DNA of 64,000 nt from positions 85,498,001 to 85,562,000 of the forward strand of contig NC_090326.1 in the NCBI RefSeq assembly GCF_035084215.1. The letters run 5' to 3'. The stretch's first letter is position 1, and the number at the start of each line of letters is the position of its first letter. Below are positions 36,345 through 50,337 of this stretch, one piece after another. A model generated the notes under the pieces. The model was not told the DNA's origin and ran no database searches. It saw only the letters and a list, made by a program, of their open reading frames with translations. The DNA comes from Heptranchias perlo (lineage: Eukaryota). The position numbers and the translations under genes are program-made.

Positions 36345-38082
36345 GCGAGTGTCATTGACAAACACAGAAATAATGATGTGGAAGTCAAAGAAATACAGAG
36401 CGAGTGAAACAGAATTGGAGATGGACTAAAATACAGTTACAGGAAGAGAAGCATCTCTCTCCCTCTGAAACTTGGTATTTTACAAGTGCTGTTGTCCACA
36501 ATGCTGAACTTATACCAGAAAAAAATGTGCTGTAGCAGCAATACAATTAAAAGTATCCCTATTACCTAATGTTTAATTTTCCACTCATTAACAACAATTC
36601 TACTATTCAAATTCTTTGGATTTCTTTTGCATGCTGCATTTGTTATAGATTCCTGAACCCATTTGAGTGGATCTGGAATTTATTAAATTGACAATAGTGA
36701 AAACTGATGTGAAGAATTCACTTTAACGTATTTGCTGTTTCCCGATGCCCCCTCTTCCTAATCACTTGGGCCTATCTTGCCTTTAAAAGTCTGTTTATTT
36801 ATTAAAGCCTGAAACATTTCTCAATTTTTTTTGTACTGGTATGCACAATCCACCTTTCTATTATTCTCACCGGGGTAAGCAGACTATGGAAAACATGATT
36901 AGACTAAGTTTATGAAGTATGGGTTAGCTGTGAAAATTCTAACCATATACAAGGCTTTATAAAGACAATCCATTTGATTTAAATTACCATCTAATAGTAC
37001 ATGAAGTTCTGTATGCTGTTTACCTAAGAAGGCTGTTATTGTCTTGGGAACGCTAATGTCCTTTTTCTGTGAAAAATGTTATGCCTTTTGTACAGGAAAG
37101 TATTTTGGAATATGTGACAAATAAGTCTTCAATTTTTATTCATTTTTCAGAATGTAAATGAAAATCTATTCATATGCACGATTGCTGTGCTACACTAAAG
37201 CCTTTCAATTACTCACAGCAGTTTTGAGATGGCACTTAATCAATATCGCATCTAAAAATAACAGTGGAACATTCAATGAAGAGGGAATAAAATAGTCCTG
37301 AGGCAGGCTGTAAAATGGGCTCGTTGACCTTATAGTGTTATTTATAGCTTAACTTTCTAACGTACCCATGAGACTGTATAATCTTGCTCAAATATCAACA
37401 CCTCACTTTCACAATCAATTTTCTTTCCTTTCAGAGAATTGCGATTGGTCAAACTTTCATAAAGCTTTTGTTATCTTTTTAAAATTAATAATCAATAGAT
37501 CATTGGATTTTTGGGTGTTACCCAGCAAAATTGTCCTGACCTTTATAACCTATTGAAAGAGCCTAAGACAAAGGGCAGGGAGCTTTTCCAGCCACACTTA
37601 CTGGGCTTATTTGTGAGCAAAGTAAAAGCCAGTTCTTTCTGCCGAGTGAGGATTAAAGTATTATTCAGACTAAGCCAAGTATTTAACCAAAGTGTTGGCC
37701 AATATCAATATTAGGCCTCAATGAGCATGAAATATGAATTAATGAGGGAAAGTACCCTGAACCAAAGTGAAATGTTTGAAGAAATATGTCCTTTTGCTGA
37801 ACAGTCCCAATGATATGACTGAAAGTTGGGAAAGTGAAAGATTTGGAAGTAGCCCCAAAGGATCTCAGTAAATGCTGTGAGTGTCTCTAATACCTGCATT
37901 AACAGCAATTGGTAGGAAAAAGCCAAATTGATCAATTAATCACATAAATAAATGGGGAATTATGATAAATGGCATTTCAAGAAATAATTTGATCCTGTGA
38001 CAGACATTCATTTCATACAGAAAGTAAATATTGAACAAACGGAATACCTTGAGTAATTCTGAATGATTTAAGGAGAAACTTG

Positions 38083-38590
38083 AGGCTTGATTTTAACCAC
38101 CCACACCCGTGGTTAAAATCCTTGCAGTGATTTACTCCCCGATTCACGCTGCATGCCATTTTAACAGGCACGCTCTGGCCAGCCAGTGAGGCCCTTGTAC
38201 CAGACAGGTAAGGGCCTCATCAAAATTCAAACATCGGAGTCTGATGACTGTAATTCAGACCACAAATATATTTTAACATCGGACAACTACATTTGGCACT
38301 GGGTGCCAGCCTCGCTGGAGCACCGGGTGCGAAGGAACAGCAGCCCTAGAAGAGGGTTGAGTAACAATTTTAAGGTTTCCTTTTGGTCCAGAAGGAGCCA
38401 GGAATGCTTTTCTGGACTGCACACGGAAAACTAGGGCCCTGGGCTTCCCTCCACTGACATCAATCATCTACCCCTTCCCCTCACCACTTACCTGACTGAC
38501 GGGGACTCGGCATAGATCAGGGATCAAACGGGAGCTTTTCTAATCTGGATGTCTCAGTGCCACATCAGGTCGTAGCATTTTCCCATTATT
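38083..38590. mobile_element. Harbinger-type MITE remnant (right TIR not found)
   Basis: AGGCTTGATTTTAACC start; cassette 38213-38260; family hairpin 38384-38423; C-rich tract; ACTTACCTG at ~38486. Confidence 0.6.
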
Positions 38591-38629
38591 CCAATAGAAG
38601 AACATTTTAACTGGCAAACTAATTCAATT

Positions 38630-39560
38630 CAGTAATTTTCCATTGACCATGTGTTTTTATCATTTGTAGAAGTTTCTAATGCAGAAATTTATCAAATGCT
38701 AGCTAAAAATCCAAGTATATTAAATCCATGTGATAGCCCTCACCTCTAACTTATTTATTTCCTCCATTCTAGTAGACTCATGAGGCATGACCTACTGTTA
38801 TCAACAGATGGTATTCTGTGCTTCTAGATAAACACCAATAAGATCCTGTAAAATACTTTTGAGCATTTTGCGTAAGGCTGATAGTAACTTCACTAATGAA
38901 TATTCTTTCATGTACATCTTACTCCCTTTCTTAAATCTTGGGATTATATAAAGTGTCCTCCAGTTCTCGACTGCAGCTCGAGTATTTGTGGAGCTTCCAA
39001 AAATACTAATCAGAACCTAACCTACTTCTTCATTCATTTCTCTAAGGATACTCATGTATTTCCTATGTGGTCTAAGTATCCCATTGATAAAATAATTAAT
39101 TCTTTAAACTTCTTCAGAACTCATGCTTTGTTGACTTCCATCTCCGTTATAACATCCTAAGCCAGTTTTATTGGATCTGTAAGCTATTCATAGCCTTCGC
39201 TTTGTGAAAACTGTTGTGAAAAATTTATTTAAAACATCTGCCTTTCTTGAACCTTCCATGACCTTTCCATGCAATGTTTCTATTACAGGACCTATTTGAT
39301 CACCAACACCAATTTACATTATACATTGCTAAAGAAAAAATCCCTCTTGTTACATTGATGCAGATTGCTTTGCTCCTCCTATCAATTCTAAAACCTTTAG
39401 GTATTTCTCAACTGATTTTTTATATCATCAGTTTTTCATTCCTTCAGGTTTTTAAAAATATTTTTTGTCTCTGGGGTATTAACTTTCTTAGTCATTCATT
39501 GAGGCCTTGATCTTAATCTTTACTTTTTTCTTAACAGCGTTATTTCCTTTTCATATCGAT
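38630..39560 (-). mobile_element. Very old CR1 ORF2 remnant
   Basis: Minus strand shows degenerate RSCL..LL and IYLDF..AFDK motifs (38680-38800). Confidence 0.55.
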
Positions 39561-39979
39561 TTAAAATAACCTCAGAAAAAAGTTCAATTATCCTTATGCT
39601 GCCTTCCACTTAATCCTCCCTCGACTTTCCCGTATAATCTCAAAGTTTACTTTCCAAAGGCTTTGCGTCTATATGAATGCAGGCTTCCTATTTGGTCACT
39701 GCTTTTGATTTATCGAGCAATCAGATTGCAAAACAAAAATAGAAAACAGATGCACACCTGTGAGACATTGCCTCCGAAACTCCAAACTAACAAGGAGACC
39801 GGATGAGTGTTCTGATCTGACTTAACCCATATTACTTTCCAACAGTGTCATAATAAGTGTGAGAAACTGGCAATTCTTCCCTTCTCTTTGCTGACCATGC
39901 TGTGCCACTGTGAAGCTGCTTCAAATCCATCGGGCACTGAGCAGCGCTTAGGGTTGCCAACTCTGGCCTGGAGGGTATT

Positions 39980-42925
39980 ATTTCATTCGTTCATGGGATA
40001 TGGACGTCGCTGGTGAGGCCAGCATTTATTGCCCATACTTAATTGCCCTTGAGAAGATGGTGGTGAGCCGACGGCTTGAACCGCTGCAGTCCGTGTGGTG
40101 AAGGTTCTCCCACAGTGCTGTTGGGTAAAGAGTTCCAGGATTTTGACACAGCGACGATGAAGGAACGGTGTGACTTGGAGGGGAACGTGCAGTTGAAGGT
40201 GTTCCCAGTGAACACCATCACTGCCCTGTCTGCCTGCTGCCCTTGTCCTTCTAGGTGGTAGAGATCGCAGGTTTGGGAGGTGTCGAAGAAGCCTTGGTGA
40301 GTTGCTGCAGTGCATCCTGTAGATGGTACACACTGCAGCTATGGTGCGCCAGTGATGGAGGGAGTGAATGTTTAGGATGGTGGATGGGGTGCCAATCAAG
40401 CAGGCTGCTTTGTCCTGGATGGTTTTGAGTTTCTTGAGTGTTGTTGGAGCTGCACTCATCCAGGCAAGTGGAGAATATTCCATCACACTCCATATTTGTG
40501 CCTTGTAGATGGTGGAAAGGCTTTGGGGAGTCAGGAGGTGAGTCACTCGCCACAGAATATCCAGCCTCTGACCTGCTCTTGTAGCCACAGTATTTATGTG
40601 GCTGGTCCCAGTTTAGTTTCTGGTCAATGGTGACCCCAGGATGTTGATGGTGGGGGATTCGGCGATGTTAATGCCGTTGAATGTCAAGGGGAGGTGGTTA
40701 GACTCCCTCTTGTTGGAGATGGTCATTGCTTGGCACTTGTCTGGCACGAATGTTACTTGCCAATCATCAGCCAAAGCCTGAATGTTGTCCAGGTCTTGCT
40801 GCATGCAGGCACGGACCACTTCATTATCTGAGTGGTTGCGAATGGAACTGAACACTGTGTAATCATCAGCGAACATCCCCATTTCTGACCTTATGATGGA
40901 GGTAACGTCATTGATGAAGCAGCTGAAGATGGTTGGGCCTAGGACACTGCTCTGAGGAACTCCTGCAGTGACGTCCTGGGGCTGAGATGATTGGCCTCCA
41001 ACAACCACTACCATCTGCCTTTGGGCTAGATATGACTCCAACGACTGGAGAGAGTTTTCCCCCTGATCCCATTGACTTCAATTTTACTAGGGCTCCTTAG
41101 TGCCACACTCGGTGAAATGCTGCCTTGATGTCAAGGGCAGTCATTCTCACCTCACCTCTGGAATTCAGCTCTTTTGTCCATGTTTGGACCAAGGCTGTAA
41201 TGAGGTCTGGAGCCGAGTGGTCCTGGAAGAACCCAAACTGAGCATCGGTGAGCAGGTTATTGGTGAGTAAGTGCCGCTTGATGGCACTGTCGATGACACC
41301 TTCCATCACTTTGCTGATGATTGAGAGTAGACTGATGGGGCGGTAATTGGCCGGATTGGATTTGTCCTACTTTTTGTGGACAGGACATACCTGGGCAATT
41401 TTCCACATTGTTGGGTAGATGCCAGTGTTGTAGTTGTACTGGAACAGCTTGACTAGAGGCATGGCTAGTTCTGGAGCACAAGTCTTCAGCACTATAGCCG
41501 GGATGTTGTCGGGGCCCATATCCTTTGCTGTATCCAATGCACTCAGCCATTTCTTGATATCATGTGGAGTGAATCGAATGGGCTGAAGACTGGCTTCTGT
41601 GATGGTGGGGATATCGGGTGGAGGCCGAGATGGATCATCTATTGGCTGAAGATGGTTGTAAACGCATCAGCCTTGTCTTTTGCACTCACATGCTGGGCTC
41701 TGCCACCATTGAGGATGGGGATGTTCACGGAGCCTCCTCCTCCCGTTAGTTGTTTAATTGTCCACCACCATTCACGACTGGATGTGGCAGGACTTCAAAG
41801 CTTTGATCTGATCCATTGGTTGTAGGATCACTTAGCTCTGTCTATAGCATGCTACTTCCACTGTTTAGCATGCATGTAGTCCTGTGTTATAGCTTTACCA
41901 GGTTGGCACCTCATTTTTCGGTACACCTGATGCTGCTCCTGGCATGCTCTTCTACACTCCTCATTGAACCAGGGTTGATCCCCTAGCTTGTTGATATTGG
42001 TAGAGGGATATACTGGGCCATGAGGTTACAGATTGTGCTGGAATACAATTCTGCTGCTGCTGATGGCCCACAGCACCTCATGGGTGCTCAGTTTCTAGCT
42101 GCTAGACCTGTTCTGAATCTATGCCATTTAGCACGGTGATAGTGCCACACAACACGATGAATAGTGTCCTCAGTGTGAAGATGGGACTTTGTCTCCACAG
42201 TGGTCACTCCTACCAATACTGTCATGGACAGATGCATCTGTGACAGGTAGATTGGTGAGGACAAGGTCAAGTAGGTTTTTCCCTCGTGTTGGTTCTCTCA
42301 CCACCTGCTGCAGGCCCAGCCTGGCAGCTATGTCCTTCAGGACTCGGCCAGCTCGGTCAGTAGTGGTGTTATCGAGCCACTCTTGGTGATGGACATTGAA
42401 GTCCCACACCCAGAGCACATTCTGTGCCCTTGCTACCCTCAGTGCTTCCTCCAAGTGGTGTTCAACATGGAGGAGCACTGATTCATCAGCTGAGGGAGGG
42501 CGATAGATGGCAATCAGCAGGAGGTTTCCTTGCCCATGTTTGACCTGATGCCATGAGACTTCATTGGGTCCGGAGTCAATGTTGAGGACTCCCAGTGCCA
42601 CTCCCTCCTGACTGTATATAACTGTGCTGCCACCTCTGGTGGGTCTGTCCTGCCGCTGGGACAGGACATAGGCAGGGATGGTGAAGGAGTATTCTGGGAC
42701 GTTGGCTGAAAGATATGATTGTGAGTATGGCTATGTCAGGCCGTTGCTTGACTTGTCTTGGGACTGCTCTCCCAATTTTAGCACAATTTCCAGGTGTTAG
42801 GGAGTAGGACTTTGCAGGGTCGGCTGGGCTTGGTTTGCCTTTGCCTTTACCTTTGTTGTGTCCAGTGCCTGGTGGTCTGATGGTGGGTGGTCCATCTGGT
42901 TTTATTCTTATGATTTTTTTGTGGC
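39980..42925 (-). mobile_element. Near-complete ORF2 of LINE family B (APE endonuclease + RT), degenerate
   Basis: EN: LLLIAIYRPPS, DFNVHHQEWL, QVVREPTRGKNLLDLVLTN, IGRSDH; RT: DAQFGF, ALDIKAAF, GVPQSSVLGP, MFADD; family 3' end at ~39980. Confidence 0.95.
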
Positions 42926-42980
42926 GGGATCTCTCACCTCACCCCCACACTCCCACCATTGGTCGCCCAACACGTCCATC

Positions 42981-44184
42981 TGTAGCACCAGCGTTCTGGT
43001 CATTTTTATGAATCATATTTTAAATCCAATAACCCCACGAAAGAACTGTACTGTTTGGCAAACTTGTGGGAGTGGCTTAGGGAATAGGATTGACTGGTAG
43101 GAGTTTTAAGCCAGGCTAACCTGACTAAGGTGCATTCATATGCAAACGGACATTTAACACTGACAGGCTGGGTGGAAGGGAACCCAAGCCGATAGATGTC
43201 ATCACCATTTAACATGATTACTGCGAACAATACCCCGAGAAGTAACTCAGATACACTCAGTCCCTATTGAAACTGGTGGAAGGTAGGAGAATGGCCAGGA
43301 GAGAAGCCAGTTAAGCAAGATCAGTTTGAGATCGAAACCGATTACCTGCTAATGGGGGCCATCAACTCAGGAAATGACAGACACTCAGTGATCAGCACCC
43401 ATTGTCTCTCCAGGTGCAAGGCCTGGGAGCAGGAAAACGAAATAGCATTTTTCACGTAGATTTCAAAGGTTATGAGTCACTCTAGGCCACGGGGTGGGGG
43501 GGGTGGTGGGGTCCAGACAGATCACCTGTGACAATACATCACTCAGTATTGGCAGGAGAAAAGATGATAGGTTTTGGAGATATAAGGAGCCGTTTGGCAA
43601 TGGTTCCTGGCTCGGCTCTGCTCTCTGTTCTGTTCTCTTCTCTCTTCTCCTCGGCATCAATCTACAGCGAGTCTCCTGAGTGGGGCTCGGCTCGATTCAA
43701 AGGAACACCGCCAGAAGCTGAGCGCTGCTCTTCATCCCTCATCAACAGACCTCGACTCAAACTGGAACTTGGATACTGCGTCGGCAGTACGGAACCAGGA
43801 GCGAGACGTGCAGGAAGAAACTGCAAGCAACAACGGGCAATCGGAGTGAGCATATTGCCTGTGCCTACACATCCACAAGACCACTTAGCTGTGTGAGGGG
43901 TTATTGTAAGTCCCAACCAAACCTTAGAGGGTTTTAGTGCTGGGGTGGGGGAGGTCCTATGTTAGTTTATTTCACGGGAGGGTTCTCTTATTAGGCCGCG
44001 GTAATTTAGCTCGGTAGGGCTCATTGGACAAGCTAGGGTTGTACTGTTTGTAATGTTTACTAGTATTATTGTTAATCTTATTAAACACAATACGGTTGAG
44101 CCCAAAAATGTGTGTCCGAGTCTGATCTGTCCTTATAATCCCTATTGTTCCAGAACTTATAGTAAGACATGTGTTTTCGGTACG
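42981..44184 (+). mobile_element. Putative solo LTR (~1.2 kb)
   Basis: Begins TGTAGC; TATAAG at 43581; ATTAAA at ~44080 followed by ~100 nt; non-coding; 3' end and TSD imperfect. Confidence 0.45.
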
Positions 44185-44814
44185 CCCATGAAAACCACTT
44201 GCATATCCTTGTTACGCACTGCCTTTCCATACCAAGAGTAAAGTGAGCAGACTCTTAGTGAAGAATCATCCAATCGAGTAACAGTCAAACAGCCAATTTT
44301 CCCATCTCCAATATTTTTATAACTAATAAATGATAACCAGGACATTGTAGAAATATATTATGGTAAACAATATTGAAAAAGTAAGTCTAGAACAGAACTT
44401 CAAGTTAGAAAATAACAGTAGGAAAGTTTCAAGCTGGCAACGGGCAAAATTAGGACTCGTGTCAGGAAGGTTTGTCCAGGATAGATGAGCTAGGATGGGC
44501 TGAATGACTTTTTTTCATCTGTCATTGTCTTGTGGTCTTCTGTTTAAGGTATTATGTTCAATGGTCTGATTTGTTGCTTTGGTTATCTTCAGGGTTCAGT
44601 GCTTTATTCCCACACAGTAAGGCACATACCATATGATCAAAGTGATGATATAAAGGATACCATGTTTGCAAGTGGATTTTAAAAAACCCTCATGAAATCA
44701 CAGGTATATTTGAAGAGAAGGTTTTCCATATTTCACACATGCAGTGTTCTGTGTAAGGCCGATTCCCTGATCAAGCATTCCAGTGGTGCGTGGAGCACAA
44801 ATGTCAGGCAATTG

Positions 44815-45010
44815 CAGGCCTACGGTGCCTTCATCTATCTAGGGCCCTGCTCTGGAATTCCATCCCTAAACTCCTCCACCTTACTCTCCTTCCATCTCTT
44901 TGACCAAGGTTTTAGTCACCTCTCCTAATATCTCTTTCTTTCTTTCAGCATCCATTTTGTCTGACTATGCCTCTGTGAAGCAACTTGGAATGTTTTTCTA
45001 CGTTAAGGAA
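44815..45010 (+). mobile_element. L2 3' fragment
   Basis: GAFIYLGP.LWNSIP-like, TTTGACCAAGGTTTTAGTCACC; homologous to 10930-11150. Confidence 0.75.
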
Positions 45011-45069
45011 ATGATGTGCCTGCAGTGCCTGATTTTCCATCCATTTAAATTAATGATTGGAAAATCAGG

Positions 45070-45127
45070 ACAACAATTTGCATTTACATAGGACCTTTAA
45101 CGTAGAAAAACATTCCAATGTGCTTCA
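45070..45127 (-). mobile_element. L2 tail fragment
   Basis: CAACAATTTGCATTTACATAGGACCTTTAACGTAG = reverse complement of L2 terminus. Confidence 0.65.
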
Positions 45128-46562
45128 TAAAACCTACTCTTATGTAGCACATATCTTCACATGTCGAGATTGCATATTGGGAATTTGAGCTTGGAGACTC
45201 ACAGGCTCTGAAGTAATTTCCAACAAAAAAAAATTGATGGGTGTATGGTCCTTATGGACCCATTGACTTCCCCACTTGAATTTCTAATATGAACTCTTAG
45301 TGCAAAGTTCTGCGCCAGCAGTGCAAATTTATAAAACTTACTCTGTGCAGTGAATAGGGGAGACGTCCGCCCCCTCCCCCCGGTGAAGAATTGCAGGTAT
45401 GAACGTACTTCCTACTAATCCCTGATACAGTGCTTTAGAGTTTTGATATGCTAGACCACTATGCCACCCATTAGTATTTTTTGATACTGGAAGATGGAGA
45501 ATTTAATCTTTGGGGGTGCATGGGTCTCCACTGTGATATCATGGCATGAACCTTGATTTGTGCCTCTGGCATTTGTACAAGGAGGATTTTGAACTGACGT
45601 GTTGTTGTGAATAACTTTGCAGTAATGGGTAATTTTTTTACCACTGAAAATAATGTAAGTTGAGCACATTATGTTTCTTCTGTTATTCAACTCTGCCAGT
45701 GATTGTAGAGGTGATATAGAAATCTATATTACTATTCAATATCAAAAACAAAGTAATGTGGCTTAGTTATGTAATCGAGATTTTTTTTTTGACAATTATT
45801 GTTTCTTTGATGCTTCTTTTAAAATATGGAAATTTACTGGGAGAAGCTCGGACCAAGATGATCAAGTTCTCCGTGGGTGTTATGTTTCCTGTGGTGTTGG
45901 TGGGTTGCTGATGTGTGTGGAAGGCAACAAGCCAGGGTTGAATAATGGGATGTGGACATGAATAAATGTTCTGCAGTTTTGCTTGATTACCGTTGGGGGA
46001 TCAGGAAGTATTTATGCGGAACTTTATTTCAAGGAAAGAATAAATTGTGCATGGTTGGTGGAAGGAATGGACTTGATTGGATGAATCGTCTTTTTTTCAT
46101 TGTATGGTTCCTTTTGTTTGGTGTAAGGTGAGGATTGTCACATGTCTTTGTTATATGCCATTTAGATTTTTTTTGTTCTGTTTTGTTATAACCATTTTGG
46201 CTAAAGGTAAAATGATTCTGAGGAAAGACTGCTTCTGTGCATATGCTGCAGTTGCTAGCAAGGACTGTGCTCAACCTGTCGTACACTGGAGTGGTGACAA
46301 TAGCAATTGAATCAAGTCAGACTGGAATAGTGTAGAGGTGAGGTCAGGGTGAAGAGTTTGGGATTATGGGTTAAAGTATTGATTCCCTTTTACATTCAGT
46401 GATTACATTAGCAGAAGCAACAAGGCAGTTGTGTATTAAGCCGAGTTCTGTGTCTATATAAATATGGATCAAACCTGATAACTGAGCCAAATGCATTCTT
46501 GGACTGTAATTACCACTGCCATATAATTGGTCAGAAATTAAGCTGCACTGCTACAAAATAAT

Positions 46563-46749
46563 GGGCGGAGCTTTCAACTTCAGCGTGGACGTAAAATGGG
46601 CAATATTAGATTGGCCACCAGTTATACACCCTGCCCGATGTTCTTTTCCATGGAATTCAATGTAAATAAAAATTGGAACGAGTGTATAACAGGTGGCCGA
46701 TGGAATACGACCCATTTTATGCCCTTTGCCAAAATTGATAGTTCCAGTG
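46563..46749. mobile_element. Fold-back (palindromic) MITE, 187 bp
   Basis: Arms AAAATGGG/CCCATTTT and GGCCACCAGTTATACAC/GTGTATAACAGGTGGCC around centre CCATGGAATTCAATG; AAT on both flanks. Confidence 0.8.
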
Positions 46750-48035
46750 AATGATTTTGTAGACTTCTCCCAATGGAATGCAATAAGTACATCAATTGTT
46801 TTTCAAATATCACTTTTAAAAACAGACTACATTTAAATTGCTTATAAATTGGAAGTATTATTTGAGATGTTGCTGCTTTACAGAAATATGTAATGAAAAG
46901 AAACATGAATAAATAAAAGGAGATAACAATCTGCCTTCAGCTTCCCTGCAAAAAAAAAATCATTGTTTAATCCATGATGCACTCGGGAGTTTGATTGCAG
47001 CCATTCCCTGGCAGTAGCTCAACATTTTTCCCTGCATTATTTTTCTTCAGAATAAGCCTTTTAATATTACAATAAAAGACTTAAAAAACCCACCTACAGA
47101 TGGATTTAACAAATCCCTTGACTGCTTTTATCAACTAATATTTATATATTGAAGCAGAAACATTAAAAAAAAACTTTTCCTCAACAGTTTGAGGCAGAAG
47201 AAACAGCTTAACCTGCATAGTCAGATTTTTACAATCAATGTACTTAGGAGAAACATTGGTGCCTACTTCATCAACTATTTAAATTTGATTGATGCATAAC
47301 TGTGTTGAAAAAGCATCCTTTTATTGCTGTGAATATTTGAATGTTAGGAATTTAATGTGTTTTAAGTTCTATCATCCAATGCAGTATATATTGTCTAAGA
47401 TTGAAATCTTTGAAATATACCTTCTTTGCATTGACAACATAAATTTCCATTTTAATTTACATAAGATATACCATTGAACTAAATTTAAGAAATAACTAAA
47501 AGTAATTAATATGGTTCTAATATTTTAGTTTGTATTACATTAGAACGTCAGGCAGAGCTGCATAAAGCATGAGGCAAGACACAATGAAATTATTTTTAGT
47601 GAGTTAAAGAATAAAGAAGGGTGAAAGTAAAGTCAGACAAACCAATATTTAAATCATTCAGAACTTTAATAAAGCATGTGGGTGTGTATATGCCTGTATA
47701 TTGCAGCAAGTCAAACATCATCCTGTCATACCTCTTCACCTTTGTTCGGTATCAAACTTGTATACAAAGAACAGGAAATCTGTGGTTTGGATTCAGATTG
47801 AGAATTGAAAATGTTGGTCTATGTTTACAATGGAAGCCATTCAAGCAGTGTTCGAACTATGTCAATGATGCTATAACACAACTGAACTCAAATTGTAATT
47901 GTAATGCAGGACTGTTAATTATTCTGGTAAGCTTTTCTCAATGTCCTTATGCAGGAAGTTGACTTTGTTTATCACTGAAACCAAAGTGCCTGAGATTTTG
48001 ACAGTTAAGTGGTAGTCATATTCTACAGAGACAAG

Positions 48036-48985
48036 GGGGTCGATTTTAATTTGCTGAAATTGACGGTAACAGCCTCAAAATGGAATTTGTAGACTTACTG
48101 TCCGTTAATGCCGACACTCTGCCTGCTGTCACTTTTACTGGGTCCTACCGCTGGGCGGCCGAAGCGCCTGCCTGTTGCAGACAGTAGGCACCATTTAATA
48201 TGCATGATGTACATTGGACCCCGATTGCCATTTTAGGAAAGAACTGGTTGGGTCATGCACTATGCCCAGTTTTACTAGCAATAGAGCCAAAGAGGACCTG
48301 AAAAGTTAAGCTTAAAATTATTTATGCAGGGCCACAAGGAGCGAGAGTGCCCCTCTGAGCCCCATAAAAATAATCTGGCCGTTGCCGCGTCAAGCTTCCC
48401 CCTCCACCACCCCCCCCCCCCCCCCTTCACAATCGCGATCCCTACCCCAGACTTAACTTGCTGCCAGTTGGGTTGCCCAATATTGCGCCAGCCTGAATCG
48501 GGTGAGGTGCATCATGAAAGCCGTTAGGGGCGGGTAGGTTGCCGGTTCTATTTAAATGAGGAGTGGGCATCAAAGTGGATCTAGCCTTTTCGTTGTCTGA
48601 ACTCATGGGCTGCGTGAAATAGGCGACTGTCATACAGGACTGTATGTCGGGCCCACAATACCATTTTCAAACAGGAATCAGTCCAGGAGAAATTGATTGT
48701 CATTTGGCGACAGGCAGATCAGCAAAGGAGAACTTTTCAATAAATTTCTGGCACTTTGACAACTTCAGCCAGACTGGCCTGCACCGCATCTTCCCTGAAG
48801 GAACAGTAAGGTGCCCTCTGAAATCTCACTGGGTCTGTGGGGCAGGTGCCCCGGTAGTTTCTTATATTCAAATGTTTCTGTCTCCAGGATTTGAGATGGG
48901 GTCAAGGCGAGGGCCAATAGGCAGACGGAAGACTCAGCATGGCATACTCTGGGTGATGCAGCACCGGGATCGCAATTCCTAGGCT
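48036..48985. mobile_element. Harbinger-type MITE region (one or two elements)
   Basis: GGGGTCGATTTT start; cassette remnant 48187-48233; family hairpin 48325-48365; poly-C/GCGATC tract; AATTCCTAGGCT terminus-like at 48985. Confidence 0.55.
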
Positions 48986-49279
48986 AATATCTTTGGCAGT
49001 GTTCTTAACATTACTTATCCAAGCTTTACAATGAACATCTTAAGTATGCTATTTAAATTGTATCTGGAAGTAGCATGACATGAAGGGATAGATGTGACTG
49101 GATCATTGTGATTATTAGCGAGTCAAGCTTTTGGCCTGGTTCATCTTCTCCTCTTCTTAGTTTCTTTGACTTAATTTTGTACCTTACTTAGACTGACATG
49201 CATCACTGTTGGTTGTATTTGAATTAAATGGAAATTAACATAGGGTCTTTTCTATAACGGGCGGCCAATATGCAATGCC

Positions 49280-50110
49280 ACTTTTATGTCTGAGCGTAAT
49301 GTTGAAAATTTACTCGATATTCTACTGTTCTAGTTATATATTCCATTATTAGCTTTTTAAATTGCATTGCATATTCCCTAGACATCAAAAAGGATGCGTC
49401 AACGATTACTCCCAGGTCCATTCTTGCGTCTTCCTGTGCTAATTCAATTCCAAAATTTACATTTGTGACCCACATTTTTTAACATTTGTAAATTAATTCA
49501 TGTGTATCACTATTAACTTTCATTTACCACATGACTGTCCAATTGCATAACCGATCAAAAAAAATTGTAAATCTTTAGCTACATCTACTATCTCTACTGC
49601 TATGCCTGTTTTTCGTGCTGTAGCACATTTGACAAGCTTAGTTAGCTTTGGCATCCAAGTTATTGATATGCACGTAGATAGGTACAGTCTCATGAGAAGT
49701 CTGTTTCCTATTTTTAACCAGTTTGTTATCCAATCCAATAGTTTACCCTGGATTCTTGTATTTCTCAGTTTAATTAGAAGTTTTTCAAAATGTTTTTGAC
49801 AAAGTTTCACATGAAATTTTGAATAATCATAGGGAATTACTGTATCTACTTTATCTGCAATAAGTCAAGGAGGTTTTTCAGACAGGGGCTAAGGGGAAAG
49901 AGCAGAGGAATGGGACTAATTGGATAGTTCTTACAAAGAGCTGGCATGACCTCGATGGGCCAAATGACCACCTTCTATGCTGTAACCATTCGATGATTTT
50001 ATGGATCTTACCCTTCTAAATCAAAGTTGGCTGTTTCTTAGTCTCTCCAAGTGCTCTTCCAACCTTTCCCTTGGAATAGTTTCCCTTATTTTATCTGTTA
50101 TCAATGATAA
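49280..50110 (-). mobile_element. Old CR1 RT remnant split by a CR1 tail
   Basis: LEEHLERLRNSQ..RS / CLKNLLD, KLLIKLRNTRIQGKLLDWITNWLK, DLGVIVD. Confidence 0.7.
49884..50003 (+). mobile_element. Short CR1 3' UTR
   Basis: Near-identical to 15200-15322 (GGGGAAAGAGCAG..TGGGACTAATTGGATAG..). Confidence 0.85.
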
Positions 50111-50337
50111 TTTAGGCTACTGGCCCTGCATGCCCATGGCACAATGCATTGAAGTTCCAATAAACTGTGGCGAGAAGTGTCAGTTTCACAATTTTTGGGT
50201 CTACAATGGATACTCTCCCATGTTCAGTCTCATTGGTCTTTCTCATAAGTGGATCCCACATTCCTTGGGATTGGAAGTTTACCTTTGCTGCCTAATATCT
50301 AGTCGTGCAATAGCATGACTTGGGGATATAACAAAAT

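Larger units (their letters stand above)
34662..36350 (+). mobile_element. Old Harbinger remnant split by a LINE
   Basis: TIR-like GGGGCAGATTTT at 34662; transposase remnant follows the LINE; right TIR not found. Confidence 0.55.
39949..44340. mobile_element. hAT-like non-autonomous element fragmented by LINE B and a putative LTR (pieces 39949-39979, 42926-42980, ~44185-44340)
   Basis: Starts TAGGGTTGCCAAC, a hAT-type terminus; joining of the pieces is inferred; no right TIR or 8-bp TSD confirmed. Confidence 0.4.

Noticed and set aside
45451-45690. Harbinger transposase fragment suggested by NARGTNQGSCHD
   Set aside because: Only one short motif; no flanking transposase motifs in any frame.
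45788-46142. Third solo LTR (ends ATTGTCACA, AATAAA at ~46039)
   Set aside because: 5' terminus imperfect and no TSD; insufficient support.
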